From Leucoraja ocellata (Eukaryota), in assembly GCA_036785375.1 (NCBI GenBank), contig JAWMAR010000023.1:9796001-9860000 (forward strand): 64,000 bases of DNA. The letters are read 5' to 3'. Shown piece after piece: positions 13,095-26,890 of the stretch (positions within the stretch are counted from its first letter, which is position 1; every line of letters begins with the position of its first letter). The position numbers were made by a program, and so were the translations under genes. Under the pieces are notes generated by a model. The model worked only from the letters and a program-made list of their open reading frames with translations. It searched no databases and was not told where the DNA came from.

Positions 13095-13310
13095 TTGTGG
13101 GTCGGCTCTGACCTCCCTACCATCGAGGGGATCTATCACAGTCGCTGCCTCAAAAAGGCTGACAGCATCATCAAGGATCCACACCATCCTGGCCACACAC
13201 TCATCTCCCCACTGCCTTCAGGTAGAAGGTACAGGGAGCCTGAAATCTGCAACATCCAGGTTCAGGAATAGCTGCTTCCCCACAGCCATCAGGCTATTAA
13301 ACTCAACTCA
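13095..13310 (+). mobile_element. Rex1/Babar- or L2-like LINE 3' fragment
   Basis: CLKKADSIIKDPHHPGHTLISPLPSGRRY motif, same family as the 4545-5035 fragment. Confidence 0.7.
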
Positions 13311-16300
13311 AACTGGTGGATTTGCCTACTTTCCAATGGTATTTATATTCAGTAGCTTCTGTGAAGCGCTTAAGGCATCCAGGGGATAAACAGCTCAATT
13401 GAAATGCAAATTTCTTTAATGATAACATTGTATTGGCAATCTTCACAATTTATAATTATTTACAACTTGTATGGTGGATTTTTCTTAAATTTATTTGACA
13501 TGCGGTTTGTAGGTTAATTGGCCTCCAAATTGCTCCAAGTGTTGAAGGAATGGATGAGTAAATGGGATAACATAGAACTAATGTATTACAGCTAGTGATG
13601 ACATTTGCACTGACTAAATGAAATGTTGCCATTATTGTAATGTCAGAGAGAAGTTGACAAGAAATATACTTGAATTGAGGTAATGTAGATAACAAATAAT
13701 GCCAAAACACTGGTCCGCCTGCTCATACTGAGATATCAGATTGTTAAGCAACACCTTGGCGGCATTACATTTGCGAGGTATATTTGGTTGTCTCTCTTAC
13801 TTGGCTTTGAGCAATATTGTATACAGTGGTTACAACACATTATTCAGCCAACTCTTTCGTGAACATGTATGCAGTATTGTGGAAGTAGTGTGCAAAATTG
13901 TGTATGAGGATTGGTTTAGTTTTGGAATATCAGTTACCATGTTCCGGCGGTTTTAGTAATCGCCTGACGTTTACTTTCAGTTTTGTCCAGTCTGCTATCC
14001 ATTCTGCTGCTTTTACTTCGATTCCATATGCTTTGGGTTAAGTTGCATCTTCTCAAAGACATATTGCATCTTGGAAATCTGAAACTGAAAAACCTGGGAA
14101 CACACCACATGTCAGGCTAGATGCAGCCCTGCTCAAAGAGCATTTCTGAAATTTTCTATTTCAATAAAAATTAACAGAGTTTACTGTTCAGTTTTGGAAC
14201 AGGTTGACTATTCTGTATTATATATTATGCATGTTTTTCGATTGAATCTTTGAATATGTTAGTGGACATTTATTTTTAATACATTGGCACCTAAACACAT
14301 TGATGGAGTTGAAGGTAGACACAAAATGCTGGAGTAACTCAGCGGGACAGGCAGCATTTCTGGAGCAATACTGCATACATGTTCACGAAAGAGTTGGGTG
14401 ATGTTTCGGGTCGAGACCCTTCTTCAGAGATTGATGGAGTTGATATTTATGATCACTCTGGACTCATACCGACCAACAAAATTTAAAAGTAACAGTGATT
14501 TCACCAGGGGATTTAGTGGTTCAACACCACGAAACAGCCTTGGATGTTACTGCTGCCTCAGCACCTCCTCCCGTAGCCACTCGTCTGAATTTATTTCATT
14601 TTAATGGAATGCGTGATACCTGGGTCGAGCGGTGGTGGTAGGTCATTCAAGTGGATCAGAACGAGCACCGTCCACAAAATACCGAAGCCCAGCTGTTGAA
14701 GCTGTCAGTTTAAATTTGTTTCTCAATATTTGGCACCCAGACTTGTTTAAATTAGAATTAAATTTAAATCTTGCATATTAGACAATTCGCCATGACACAA
14801 AACGAACCTGCCTTATTTTCCCAATCCTGCCAACCCCTTGTGAAGGCTACGGGATTCCGCACTATATTAGCACTTTACCTGGCTCGGGAAATCACGAGCA
14901 AAGATCTTTGATCACGAGATCCTGCTTTCTCATTGTATTGCATAGGGAGGGAGCGCACTCTGTTTAAAAAAAACAAATTGTATTTCTGTTATACCAGCAG
15001 CTCACCATTTTTAAATAAAATCCGGCCAGTATATATCGTTTTTCTTTTGAAGTAATCTTGAAGTAACTTAATCAAAGCGTCAAATTATTACCATTTATAT
15101 ATCTTTGCGGGTTTACGATAGATACCTCTTAACGGAAGCGAACATTTTAATAAAATATTGCGGATGGTTGAAACCCAGAATAAAGAAAACTTTCTGTAGA
15201 TCCGGCAACATTTTGAATTGAAGCCCCTTCGTTTAAACTGGGAAAAGAAAACAAGTTGGTACTTGTTTTTCGTTCATGTTCTAACGAAGGATCTACCTGA
15301 AACGTTAAGTCTGCTTCTCTTTCACGAACATTGTCTGATCTGCTGAATCTTCCCGCCACAAAAATGTTGAGTCTTAATAGGTTGTGCGGATAGTCCATAT
15401 ATCCTTTGAGTTAGTATAAAATTAGATTCATTATTACGCTAAGTTTTAGAAGTGACATTTGGAGAAACCGAGAACCGCCTGGAACGCAGGTTTTCTGCAA
15501 AAGCAGTACAGTTCCTGGCACCGCATAATATGCATTGTGTAAAAATGTCGGTGTGGCATTCACTTCTCCCTAGAGACTTGCCCAGAAGCAACAAGGCAAT
15601 TTATTCTACTGATGAACGTCACTCTAATCGCATCACGATTTAAAAAAATAGAATCTTTTTTTAGGGAGATCATTGTACAGTTACTGAATAGAAACTATTT
15701 ACAGAAATGGGGAAACAATTTTTTTACGTAGGAGTGAGTACAAATTAAAACACGCAGCGTTTAAATCTTACTGCAATACAAGCAGACCATGTGATATCCT
15801 TGCAAGATCCACCCAATTTCTGAAAAGTAGATTATTTGATGACTGCACCCAATGAAAATCCTAGAAGGAACAATGTCCTTGAAATTAAAATAAAATGTTT
15901 ACGGGCAAATTACGTTGAACAATATCTAAATAACCGATCATTATTTCGCTGGAGTTATTGATTTACTAAAATGGCCCGATTTCGAGCCTTTTTTTCCTGC
16001 GTCTCCCGCCATTATATGTGGCCGTTTGATTCTCGTAATATGTCCCGCCATTTTACAGCATTGCGCCGCTGGTCGGCTGCGAGATTGCAGTAATCGAGAG
16101 AGCTTGGAAGGCAGCCACAAGGTGTGTCATGCGGCCGGTATAGCTCATCACTGAGGGAAAGCACATAAATAGCTGTTCTCGGGATTTGCTCAAAGTCCAG
16201 TTGTTTATTTAAACGGCCTTGGCTTCTCGAAGTACACACAAGCTTGTAAACAGATAGCATGTATTTGAATGGGGGTTAAAATAGAATAAAACCTCCGATA

Positions 16301-18646
16301 GCAGCATTCGCCGAAGTCTTTGTGAAAAGATTGCATTTTACTGCCTGCCGTTTTCGCAATTGCAGCTACAAAAGCATGGATTAGATTAATTAAAATTTGT
16401 ACAGTTTGCATGTTGTCCTTATTTGACAGTACAGTTAACTATGCAACATAAATTGAACTATCGTAATTATACATATTATAATTCAACTACAAAATAAATG
16501 TATTCTTAATAAAACACACACAGCTTCCATGATTCTCCAAACCAGTACCACCCCCTTCCCCAATATCGCCAGGATTGGTGATTTTCACCTAACATCACGT
16601 CTTGGGCTGGGAAATAGAAGGAAGAGTTGGGGTGTTACAATTGATCTCAGTCATCTGGGTTTGAAAAGCATAAATTAGGTTGTACTTTTGTACCGATTAC
16701 TCTATAATGTCACCAGGAAATGCATGCAATGGCCTTTATATTAGTTTAGGGATTTTGAGTTATTAAATAAGTCTATTTGGTCTGACATCCTAAAATAAAC
16801 TTTATAGGTTCCCCAAGTCATCTGTGGCAAATCATTTCTGGACCACCAGCTAAAAGATGCACATTTTGAATACAACAATGTAAAAAGATGTTGAAAATAA
16901 GACCGAACTTAAATGTATTATCTCTCATTTTGATAAAGCACCAGAATGTATCAAAGAATAACTGACAGTGTTTAATCGCAGATTGGTTACAGCACAGGAG
17001 GGGTTCATTTGGCTCCTTGTGTCTATACTGGCACCATGTGAGAACATCCTACTCTCCATATTTCCCTTAGTCCTGCAGATTCTCTCCTACAAAACACAAG
17101 AATTCAAGACCAGGATTGGCAGTTTGCAGAGGAGAAACAATTAGATGGAAAATTCAATATTACACTTAAGCTTTAAAAATCGTAGTTGTATGTTCCGTTG
17201 TATTACTATTTATGTTTACTTTTATAATGTACATTAACACCAAAGTTGTTACCTTCAGTTTAGCATTCTTTTTCTACCAAAGTCGAACATTTTGATCATA
17301 AGCCATTTTCTAAACTTCAGTAATGTGGAAACCGAAAATCTTATTTTATAGATAACATAGATGGAATGCTTAAATTTCTGTTTCGGGGAAGATTCAATCC
17401 CATTGATGTTTCTCCATTTAGGTTAAATAAAGAGTCAGCAGGGTGAATTATTCCTTTGGAATTTAATTAGTGCAGCTAATGAGCATGATGCTAAATCATT
17501 AACCTAATGCATCAGTGGATAATTCACCAGGGAATGGGAATATGAAAATTACTTGGGACTTCAAGATTGCTGATGGATGAGATGAGATACAAGGAACTGC
17601 AGATGCAGGTTTACAAAAAATAAAAAATGCTGCAGTAACTCAGCGGATCAGGAAGCTTCTTTGGAGAACATGGATAGGTGATGATTTGTGTCGGGACCCT
17701 TCTCCATACAATAAGATATTGGTGGAACTGGAGCTCTGCTTTTGAAGATGAGAATAGGAACAGGAAAATAAAGCATGAATGAATTCAGTGGTGCGCTTCA
17801 GTCAATCTTGGAAATAATAGCTGAATACTGTCAGCGTGCTTTGTCCAAATTTCTGCATCTGGTTTAAAAGAATCCAGTTAATTTAAGTACAAGGTTTATT
17901 TGAGACAGTGTAAATTAGGATTTTGTACCAGTTTTGATCATAATACATTTACTCCCTCAATCCAACAACATTGCGTATTCATCAGTATCATGGACTAGAA
18001 TACAGAAGATATCAATTGTCATCAACAGCAATTGAGAATCAATTATTCCCTAATCTCCATTTCTGATCTTGCCAAACCACATATATAATGCTTTCTTCAT
18101 GATGTTGGGTATACTTTATGAAATATGGTGTAGCTGCAACCCGAACAGCGTAGTTTACATCGAAAACACAAAAAATAAGTTAATTGTAGAATCATATAGC
18201 ACGGAGACTCAACTCACGGCATTCATGGCAGTCATCAAACTCCACACTTCATTTTCTGTTCTTGCATCCCCATCAACCTCATCCGCTCCCTGATTTTCCT
18301 ATTTCCTACCTGGTGTCATATAGACATACAGTACCTGTGGGAGAAAACTGGAGTGTTGGAATTGGGGGGGGGGGGGGGGGGGGGGGGGGAGAATGGTGCA
18401 CATCAACCTTACACACACGTCATACCAACAACGCACAACCTCAGCATCAAGTAACGAGTCTCTGGAGCTGTAAGGCTGCAGCACCAACTGCTATGCCAAT
18501 AGTGTGTTTAAATTTCATTCTAATCTTTAAACAATTGTTGAAAATAATAGTTTGAATATTGGCATAATATGTAACGTGTTGATTGTAAAATGCCTTGGTT
18601 AGTTTGTATTTTGCATAATAATTTCCCCCCCCCTTTTGTTTTTCAG

Positions 18647-18967
18647 ATATGGCCGAGTGGAAAGTGTCAAAATTCTTCCCAAAAGGGGCTCAGAAGGTGG
18701 AGTGGCAGCCTTTGTGGATTTTGTGGACATCAAAAGTGCACAGAAAGCGCACAATTCTGTCAATAAAATGGGAGATCGGGACCTTCGAACGGATTACAAT
18801 GAGCCTGGCACTATTCCAAGTGCTGCCCGGGGATTAGATGATACCGTTCCTATAGGAACTCGTACTAGAGAGGTTTCAGGGTTCAGGGGAGGTGGTGGGG
18901 GGCCAACATATGGACCGCCACCATCACTACATGGACGGGAAGGACGTTATGAACGGAGACTTGATGG
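18647..18967 (+). CDS. SPEN: SPEN exon 2 (rest of RRM1 and Gly/Pro linker)
   Basis: tttcag|A acceptor; YGRVESVKILPKRGSEGGVAAFVDFVDIKSAQKAHNSVNKMGDRDLRTDYNEPG...YERRLDG; donor GG|gtaagt; 321 nt. Confidence 0.97.
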
Positions 18968-21225
18968 GTAAGTTCCAAGGTTTCTCTAGGCAGGATTTTG
19001 ATAAATAGTGTGAGAAGCAGCAACTCATGTTTAGGTTCCCCAGATGGATTTAAGGAGGAAATCTGTACACTCGTGTCGTTATTGGATATGGAAGAGAATT
19101 GAAACCAGTAGCAGCTCTGGCCTCTTCGCAGTGGATCTATTCTGCAGCTGGCTGGATGACTACTCCTGGGATAAGTTTGGTTAGTGTGATGGAAGGTTTC
19201 TATCAGTTACTATGGAGTTAACCCTCGAAATAAGCTTCCCTTTTCTCCCTGGATTGCAAGCAGTTCCCTCTGGATGGATCCCTTCGATTGAGTGGCATGA
19301 TATTACATCCTGGTACAACCAACCTGAGGAATACTATGGAATTACTAGACCTACAGTTTCAGGCAATATTGAAGTGCATTGAAGACTTCCCGCAGTATCA
19401 TTGGCTTTGGTTTAAATGTAATATATTGATGCACGTTCTTTGGATATGAAATCTTTCGATGAAGATATAGTACTCTTTGATCTACCACCTTGAAGGATAT
19501 TACAGCTAATAATTTTCAACGAATTCATGGAAAGGAAAACTGAAGAATTGATGAAGTAACATATACAAGGGTCTACATATCTGTACTGTTTATTTTGATT
19601 CACCCCGATTGGATCTTATGGATTTTTCTGGTCTGACGGTTAAATTATAGAAGCTTACAAACATTTGGAATTTTATTTTCCCGCATAATGGAATGAAGGG
19701 CATTATCACTTCAACGTGGGATTATATTCATCTTAAAGTAGTTGTATGGCAGATTGGATTACCTGGTTTGTGTTTCATACTCATCTTGATTCTACTTATT
19801 GTACCAGTGGACTATCAAACAAGGGACATCTGTTAGTGGATACTTTACATTTTAACTTTCAGATCAAAAATGAAAAGATTTTAAGACATGGCAACTGACT
19901 GCTAGAAAATGGATATTATATGTCTACTACTAGAAGAAAGCACTGTGCTCTGGGAGTAACGGGTATAGTTGCTTAATATCGACTCGGATTGGGATACATT
20001 TATCTACATCCATCTGAACGCACTCCGCATCTCAGAAAGGTCTTGGGGTTTGGGAGTTACTTTAAACTTTGGGAGCTATCTGTATGAGGCGAATGTACGT
20101 AACACTGGCAATGGAAATTTATCTTTCTTGGGCGTTCAGTTTTCTTGATACAATCCCCAAATCAATGCGGCACTAGCACTATCCGAAGTTGGATTACCCC
20201 TTTAAGAGGGGACCAAATTGGGAATGTTTGTACACTTTTCTCTCCCTAGATTTAATTGGGATTTAGGTCGTGTTTACTGCAGTCTAAAAAGGTTGGTATG
20301 CCCTGCCATGCGTATCTTAGCCCCTCTTCTAACCCAGTCAACCCTTTCTTTCCACTAACTCCAGTAGTCATTAGCACTGCTAAAAGTTCAATCAGCACTT
20401 AGCCAATAGAATCTCACTGTCTTGCACCTCTGTGAGCTACTTTGCCTGTCTTTGTCTTTCATTGATTAGGAATTTGTATTTTTTTTTGTGTGTCAGCTGA
20501 TGGCAATAATGCTTTGGAATCAGCTTGCTTCTTTTCATTGCTGAAAGGTCAGTGTAAAATGATTCCACAGTACATTATAAGCACAGTTCTATACCGCCTT
20601 CATTAAGTCAACTTGACTACGCATAGCTTAGTGGCTTTGCTTCTCGGTGTCTTCTGTTTTCTGAATCTGTAGAATCAGCAAAATAGTAATACTGTTTTAA
20701 TATCTTGCATGGAAGAAATTTAGAATGGGAAGGGATTAAAAAAAAAACCCGAATGGAAACAAAACAGTAAAGATTGAGTAGAGTTATGTAAATTCCAGAA
20801 TTTAAAATAACTAGATTTCTGGATATTATGTATTTTACTGAGGTAAATTACTCAGCGAATTAGTTAGCTTTTGGTAAGTCAGCTTCTACAATAATCCTTT
20901 CCTGACTATACCTGAGAATTGGGAAATAAAAGCTTAGTAATTAGTCTAATATCAACTGCAATAGGAAATTAATAAGCAATGGTTTACTGTGAAATATAAG
21001 CATTGGAAGAAAACAGTCTATTTTTTTTAACAATAATAGTTACTGAACACAATGCTTTTGCCAATTTTGTAAATGTTTCCATATAGTCGCTATTTAAAAT
21101 TCAAGTGCTTATTTTGCCAGTGTTTAATGGGGGAAATTCGGGGATATTTCAGCTATGTGGATGATGCGTGACTGATTCTTTGTTTTCCTTCTTTTCCCCC
21201 ATCCCCTTCCCCAAACAAAACACAG

Positions 21226-21696
21226 GGCTTCTGACAACCGGGAGCGTACTTATGATCATAGTGCCTATGGACACCACGATCGTACAACAGCAGGGTTTGA
21301 TCGTCCCAGACATTATGAACAGGATTACTATAGAGATCCTCGGGATCGAACTATACAACATGGAGTTTATTATGGGTCAAGAAGTCGAAGCCCTACTCGA
21401 TTTGAAGCTCATGATCCACGTTATGAACAAAGAGGGAGGGAACAGTTTGCAATATCAAGTGTAGTACACCGAGATCTCTACAGGGAAGATATTACTCGGG
21501 AAGTAAGAGGGAGACGGCAGGAAAAGAACTATCAGCACAGCCGAAGTCGATCCCCACATTCCTCACGGTCAGGAAACCAATCCCCACAGCGACCTAGCCA
21601 AGGACGGCCACGGCGATCTCCCAGTGGCAGTGGGTCCCGGAGTAGGTCATCAAGCAGTGATTCAGTCAGCAGCAGCAGTAGTACCAGCAGTGACAG
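21226..21696 (+). CDS. SPEN: SPEN exon 3 (Arg/Ser/Tyr-rich region)
   Basis: cacag|G acceptor; ASDNRERTYDHSAYGHHDR...SRSRSPHSS...SSSSTSSDS; donor AG|gtaggt; 471 nt, frame preserved. Confidence 0.96.
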
Positions 21697-24600
21697 GTAG
21701 GTGGAGAGGAGCGTACCACAAATAGTTTCCATCCACGCATCCCATTTGACGTCAGAGTAGATGGGATAATTTGGTCCTTTTGCTTGTCATCAGAAAAGGT
21801 GAAGTGTGTAAGTTGGCAAAACTGGGTATCTCTCTTTATAGTACCGTTTTAATCCAGAGAGTTTTCAATTATTTAAAAGAAAGGAATGAATATTTAGCAC
21901 AAACCCACCAAAGCAGTTTTTGTGCCACTCAAATGCAAAATTAACGTACTGTTGTTATTAGGATGTTAATGAAATTGCAATGGAACAGATGTATCATTTA
22001 TGCCATTTCCGTGAAGGAGAAAAAATACCTTTCCAAAAGGGTAAATCTGAAAATAGCATTTGTGTAGAGCATGTGGGTAAATTGATGATGGTAGTAGCAA
22101 TCTATTGTGATAAGATAATTCTGTAAGCTTGAGTATGAACTTTTTCCCCGCCTGTGACAAAGTGGCAACAGTGTTTACACATTTGGATGTGAATCCTCAC
22201 CACAATGACATTCCATTCAGGATGGTCATCGCATCAAGGTCGTTGCATCTGTTTAGTCTATTCAGATGCATTGTAATTAGGAGGGGGAAAAATCAGTTTT
22301 TCAGTAATTTCTAGTATTGCACATCACTGTGTTCATAATATTAGAACCTTTTATCTTTCCGACTTTGAATATTGTTAGTGGCAGGATAGCAATGTCAAAT
22401 TTCTATACATGTATACAAACTGAGAAACCTTTTTTTCCCCCTACTTGGTCATACATAGCAGCCAATTGTTGATTTGCAAAAACAATTGCATGTTTTGTGA
22501 GAACTATTAGCAGAAAGATCAAAATGTTTTGCCTGGTTTTACTGAACATTTCAATGAGAAAGTATAACTTGTATTATTCCATGATAATCAAATGTGCGTT
22601 TTTGTAATGTTTTATGACGTTATCTCACAATTGGAAAGATTGTGGCATTGTGCTTGATCCCTGACAACTAGATGCATCAGATCCTAAATGTACACAGTGA
22701 AAGATTTACATTTCCTACTGATCATTTAAGTGTAGATTATTTTTAGAATTATTTTTAATATTATTTTACTTGTTGCATTCTGCTGCCTGTAATGGCAATG
22801 TGTGTGTGAGTTCACTCGGCTTGAAGCACTGCCGTGATAGAATCATTAGTTAGTAAGTCTACTTTAGAAGGCAAAGTCCCTTTCATTCCTCAATTTAAGT
22901 AGTGCCTTTGATAATTTATTTTGTAGCATGGTAAATTAGAACTATGCACAATATTCATTTTGTAAACCATTTTGTTGCACTGAAAAGTGCAATGACAATA
23001 AATTGAATCCAATCCAATTCCAAATGAGATCTATCCAAGGTTCTCCACAGGTTTAATGGAACTATTTAATTACTTTACTTTTGCTCCTTAGTTTGGTTCA
23101 AGGTACAGTGAAAAACTTTTTTGTTGCATACTCTCCAGTCAGTGAAAAGACTATACATGATTACGATCAAGCCGTCCACAGTGTACAGATACAGGATAAG
23201 GGAATAACATTTAGTGTAAGATAAAGTCCGATAAAAGATAGTCCAAGCGTCTCCAATGAGGTAGATCGTAGGTCAGGACTGCTCTCTAGTTGGTGATAAT
23301 ATGGCTCAGTAGCCCAATAATGGCAACTGAGCAGTGGCAGTGGTTTGCCAGAACTATGCAGTCTTCATTTACCTCATGTCTAAATTATCTATTCTAAAAT
23401 TCACTTGCTCTTTCCACTTAAGTTCTTCAGTTTATGTGCTGGTAACACTGTTGGTATTGATTATTATTGCTATTATTAAGTTGTATTTCTGTTTGCCAAG
23501 TCCAAATTATTTTTGGAAATGGTAAACAGTAGTGGCTCTAATGCCAATTGTTGTGGCACACTCCAACTTTCCACCATTCTAAACCAAAATCTTTTAACTC
23601 CAAAGTCTTCTGTTTTATCACCATTTAATATGAATTCTGCTACTTGACCTTCGGTACTTATCCGAGTTGTAAGTCTCGTATACAACTGGATTTTAGCGTA
23701 TCTAATTATATTACACCTACTTAGTACCTTAATCTACTGCCTATTACTTCTACATAGAATAGTCAAGCATGACTTGCCCTATTGAAATCTGTGCTAATTT
23801 GTGTGTCAGATTTTTTTTTTTGCCACGTAATTGAGCAAAAATTCCATTGAATCAGGACTTGAGGTCAGCAAAGGTTTGAAAGTGGTTCCCATCAATGAGA
23901 ATAAAACACCTCAAAAATATCTAGTGATTTTTGTGGTGAGAACTTCCTTTTTAATGCTGGCTGCTTTCAGTTGAAATTTCCAAGTAAATTCATTATGTCC
24001 AGCAACTTTGATATCATTTGGCTGAACAGACGATCAAATTAAAGAATTTTAGAGTCAGACAACCAGGAAGCAGCCTTTCAGTTAATTTTAGTGTAGTGTT
24101 AAACAAAAATGAATATGATACCATTAAGGATGTGGCTAAAATATCCTAAACTTTAGAAGCTTTTTTAATTCCCATTTATTTTAAGACATTTGTCGTGTAA
24201 GGAAATTACAATAATCATTGTGCTGTAATTATAATTACAGTTTAGTCATGACGCACTATGATCTCATGTAACTGGGTATGAAATGTTGTTGCCTAAATTT
24301 ACATCCGATCAAGCAATTACTCTTGCTTGCGATGGAGCAGGCTGCAATCAGCAAATAAGAAAATACACTATCACTGGTAGCAAGTTTGGGAATCTCACAG
24401 TACACTGTACATGTGTGAAAATTCTAAAGTTCACGTTAGTTGCATGGATTTGTGAATATCTACACTTGCTGAGATGTGATAATAACCACTAAATCTCTTA
24501 TCTTCATTAAGCTCACTACTTTTGAATTCCTGATTCGATTTTCTCACTGGAGTATAGCAGAACGTTATCTGTCTGCAATCCTCTGACACGATTTCCTTTC

Positions 24601-25704
24601 CTGGTGGATTTTTATAAATATAAGATTGTGCAGCTGCTATATTACATCCTGAATTTCTTTATGTATGTATTGACCAATTGTGGGATATACCCGTTTCAGA
24701 AGCGTGCACACATTTATATGTAGAAAAGGTTAGCAACTGAGTAAAATACCTGGGGCAAATGATCCCTTCTGAGAAATTGTCCCAATAGTATTTGATTTTG
24801 AGGTCGATCATATGTTTTGTGAACAAATTGATGTGTCTAAGACTTATGATTTTTACTGTCACTGTCTTTCCCAATGCTTTTAAGTAATGCATTCTAATGA
24901 TATACTGAATGTGTTTTGATGCTCTATGTAGGTCAGTAAGTGCATTGATGTGTTGTATGCAAATGCACATTACTCTGAATACGTGGGAATTTTTTAGTTG
25001 TGTATGTTGTCAGTATGTTGTTTCTTTATGGAGATACAAGATAGATGAAAGTTAATGGCCCTGATTCTCTTGAAATATGAACCTAAATATGTTCCTGTTG
25101 TGTAAATATCACACGTTTGCATGTTTCTAACAAATATACAGATCTCTGAGAAAAAGCAGTGATGCATAACATGGATTTTGTTGGAAAGGACATTGACAGC
25201 TGCCACCAGTCCTAGGGTTATATTTGGTTGTGCTGTGTCACATTTATTGGATAACTGTTTAATCAGCTCCTTTCCAAGTTCACCAGAGGTTCAGGATTCA
25301 AAATCTTTTAACATCAATCACCATCGTACTACCCAGATGCCCTGCTACCAGCCGTCCCGATTGTGAAATGCTAGTCCCGAGTAAATAATGCCATTTTAGA
25401 GTGAATTTACTAACAAATACACTGCCTGTAATCCATTGTGGACTTTATTCCTCTTGATTCACGTGTAGATGAATAATGGAAATGGTGAAGTTAATTGTTC
25501 TCATTCTGGCTAATCTTCAAAATGCAAAGCAGGAAGAAAAATAGCATTGAATCTCCAGAATAATTAATTTATGTTTACAATGTATAAAATCACATGTATC
25601 TGTTGGACATAATTTTACAATAGCTTGCCAGATTATCCCAATACGGAATTATAGGTAAGCAAAAATGCTGTGACATTTCACACAATTGGGCGTTTTTATT
25701 TTAT

Positions 25705-25996
25705 TTTTAGATATATAGCGTGGAAACGGGCCCTACGGCCCACCGAGTCCACACCAACCAGCGCCCCAGCACATTAACACTACCCTACACACATTAGGGA
25801 CAATTGACAATTATACCAAGTATACAAACACAAGCCAATTAAGCTGCAAACCTGTACGTCTTTATAGTGTTGGAGGAAACCAAAGATCTTGGAGAAAACC
25901 CGTGCAATCACGGGGAGAACATACAAACTCCATAGAGACTGCACCCGTAGTTGGGATCAACCCCGGGTCTCTACCGCTGCGCCACCGTGCCGCCCT
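25705..25996 (-). mobile_element. HE1-like SINE
   Basis: Reverse complement starts GGGCGGCACGGTGGCGCAGCGGTAGAG; body matches 552-820. Confidence 0.85.
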
Positions 25997-26569
25997 TTTG
26001 GCATTGCGCTATAGAGGGAGTCATTTGAATAAATGATTTTTGCAAATTTAAATTACTTGGAATTGTTTGTTACTTGAAACTTGATTTAAACCTTGTATTT
26101 AAATAATGTTAATTACTGTTCTTTTACAAACCATGTTCTCAGGGTATCTAAATCTAAATTTTATTAATTATTTATGTTATGACATCGGATGGAAGCTGCA
26201 TACCAAATCTCGTTGCGCTTATTTGCAATGACAATAAAATATATTATTATTATTATTATGTATTTAAGTTGGAGAGAAAAATCTAATGGCATTTATGAAT
26301 GCTGAGCCAACAGAAAAGCCAAAGGAAAAATCATAATATTGCAGATGCTAGAACGAGTTGCTGTCTGACAGCATCTGTAAGAACCAACACACTTAACGAC
26401 CCAAGATATGAGGAGATATTGGTGCAGATCAAAAGCATTTGCAATGTTACATTTTCAGGAAGGTCTTTAAGGTAAATGGGCTGCAGGTTTAACTGACATA
26501 TTTCTTACTAGAAGCAGCTTGCAATAATAGTCATTTATTTATCAAACAATTACCACAGGGATATGTTTA

Positions 26570-26890
26570 AGAAGGAACTGCAGATGCTAGAAAAATCGAA
26601 GGTAGATAAAAATGCTGGAGAAACTCAACGGGTGAAACTTAGCATCTTTGGAGCAAAATGTTCACCCCAGCGGTATGAACATTGACTTCTCCAATTTCAG
26701 GTAGTCCTTGCTTTCTCCCTCTTCCCCCTCCCCTTCCCAGCTCTCCCACAGCCCACTGTCTCCTCCTCTTCCATTCTTCTTCCTGCCCCCACATCAGTCT
26801 GAAGAATGGTCTCGACCTGAAACATCACCTTTTCCTTCGCTCCATAGATGCTGCCTCAACCGCTGAGTTTCACCAGCATTTTTATCTACC
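26570..26890. mobile_element. Penelope-like fragment with inverted terminal segments
   Basis: AAAAATGCTGGAGAAACTCA at the left end and its reverse complement at the right end, flanking an endonuclease C-terminus/pyrimidine-rich tail. Confidence 0.65.

Noticed and set aside
18364-18389. Long poly-G runs (also 56416-56444)
   Set aside because: Simple homopolymers whose length is unreliable in assemblies; no further structure seen.
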